Source: Candidatus Micrarchaeota archaeon
GTDB lineage: Archaea; Micrarchaeota; Micrarchaeia; Burarchaeales; JAKAKT01
Length of the DNA stretch: 64,000 bases
Assembly: GCA_041305385.1 (NCBI GenBank)
Contig: JBFYLO010000030.1
Location: 794-64,793, forward strand
Direction: 5' to 3'
Made by a program: the position numbers and the translations under genes. Each line of letters starts with the position of its first letter. Positions within the stretch are counted from its first letter, which is position 1. Below the pieces are notes generated by a model, which saw only the letters and a program-made list of their open reading frames with translations, did not search any database and was not told the origin of the DNA. Below, piece after piece: positions 63,114 to 64,000 of this stretch.

Positions 63114-63854
63114 ATGGTTATTATGAAACCTTTCCTCAGGTCCTTTTTATTTGCGCTTTTCATAATGCTCATGGTCTTCCTGTCCCTTCTCGTGATGCCT
63201 GACCTCAAGACGATGGGGCTCAAGCTGCCCAAGCCTCTGGTGAGTTCCCCGGAAGACTGCCAGAAGCTCGAGGGAAGCCTCGTCTTCGAGTGCATAACAA
63301 AATTCGCAGTGGCTAGAGGGGATGAAGGACTGTGTGAGAGGATACGCAATGACTTCTACAGGGACCGCTGTTATCTGGAACTTCACCCAGGTACGGCTGA
63401 CCAGATGATTTGCGAGAAACTGGCGTTGACGGATGCGAGGGGCGAGTGCTTTGCCCGGGCGGCCCTTGCAGCAGGGAGCCCCGAGCTATGCCTTGCTGCT
63501 GAGAGGGGAAACGCGAAACCCACTGAAACCTGTCTGTTGCGTTATGCGATTTCTTCTGGAAAAAGGGAAGTGTGCCTCAGGATTGCAACTGCTGAAAATG
63601 CAGGGGACTGCCTTTACCGTTTCGCATCAATCACGAAAAATCCTTCAGACTGCTCGTCTTCTTCAGATGAAGCCACTGATGTTTGTCTCCTGGCGCTTGC
63701 AACTGATTTGGGCGACCAGGGCGTCTGCTTCTCCTTAGAAGGAAAACGGGACGAATGCCTGTTTCAGGTATCGGTTAAGCTGAAAAATCCTGAAATCTGC
63801 AATGCGATATACGACCAGTCGCTGAGAGAAGAATGCAAAAAAGCGGGAAAATAA
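63114..63854 (+). CDS. secreted Cys-rich helical-repeat protein
   Basis: Signal/TM MKPFLRSFLFALFIMLMVFLSLLVM. About 8 repeats of the form ...C-x(8-12)-C... with Ala/Leu-rich spacers. Confidence 0.5.
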   Translation: MVIMKPFLRSFLFALFIMLMVFLSLLVMPDLKTMGLKLPKPLVSSPEDCQKLEGSLVFECITKFAVARGDEGLCERIRNDFYRDRCYLELHPGTADQMICEKLALTDARGECFARAALAAGSPELCLAAERGNAKPTETCLLRYAISSGKREVCLRIATAENAGDCLYRFASITKNPSDCSSSSDEATDVCLLALATDLGDQGVCFSLEGKRDECLFQVSVKLKNPEICNAIYDQSLREECKKAGK

Positions 63855-63887
63855 AAGAAAGAAAAAAGAAATCGTCTCTCACCATAT

Positions 63888-64000
63888 TTAGTCTGCAACA
63901 CAGGTAGCTTCTGAGCCTATGGACATGGTAATGGTTGAGCTTCCAACTCCTGCTGTGAGAAACATCGTCAGGAGAAATCCTGCGGAAGCTGAGATTATCA
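63888..64000 (-). CDS. 3' end of a gene entering from beyond the window end (hydrophobic C-terminus)
   Basis: My own translation of the minus strand: ...IISASAGFLLTMFLTAGVGSSTITMSIGSEATCVAD*, with the stop at 63888–63890. Confidence 0.25.
   Translation of the reverse strand, partial: IISASAGFLLTMFLTAGVGSSTITMSIGSEATCVAD

Noticed and set aside
1-64000. CRISPR arrays, tRNA or rRNA genes
   Set aside because: I saw no regularly spaced direct repeats and no cloverleaf-compatible sequences in the intergenic gaps (6259–6376, 17022–17459, 29230–29519, 60144–60368, 62948–63113). None are called.

Overview
This 64 kb window is a densely coded, high-GC (about 57%) stretch that looks archaeal. The evidence is Orc1/Cdc6, the RpoE'–Spt4 pair, a SepF-like protein, TATA-box promoters with short or absent leaders, and many class III (prepilin-type) signal peptides. 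Housekeeping genes include a partial beta-CASP RNase at the window start, DEAD-box helicase, Sua5/TsaC, Mtq2-like methyltransferase, TrmJ-like SPOUT methyltransferase, HD hydrolase, radical SAM (AmmeMemoRadiSam type), an NFACT-R domain protein, ATP-type PEP carboxykinase, a standalone PPDK/PEP-synthase N-domain protein, TldD and PmbA, and an M42 peptidase. The accessory content is large. There are two paralogous type IV pilus / Tad-like assembly modules, each a FlaI/VirB11-like ATPase plus two TadB/TadC-like membrane proteins, and at least 15 pilin-like genes. One roughly 17.5 kb minus-strand operon (42694–60143) carries two tandem paralogous giant proteins of 1236 and 1916 aa. Both begin with a pilin-like N-terminus and contain von Willebrand factor A (vWA) MIDAS motifs, beta-propeller or beta-sandwich repeat arrays and very dense N-glycosylation sequons, so they are candidate giant tip-adhesin pilins. 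Other notable items are a 153-bp MITE-like in-frame insertion in a minor pilin gene, a Cys-rich repeat lipoprotein followed by a 1591-aa soluble giant protein, a HEPN–MNT toxin–antitoxin pair with an operator-like repeat, a hairpin-rich 420-bp intergenic region, and several low-GC genes that may be horizontally acquired. I found no rRNA, tRNA or CRISPR array.
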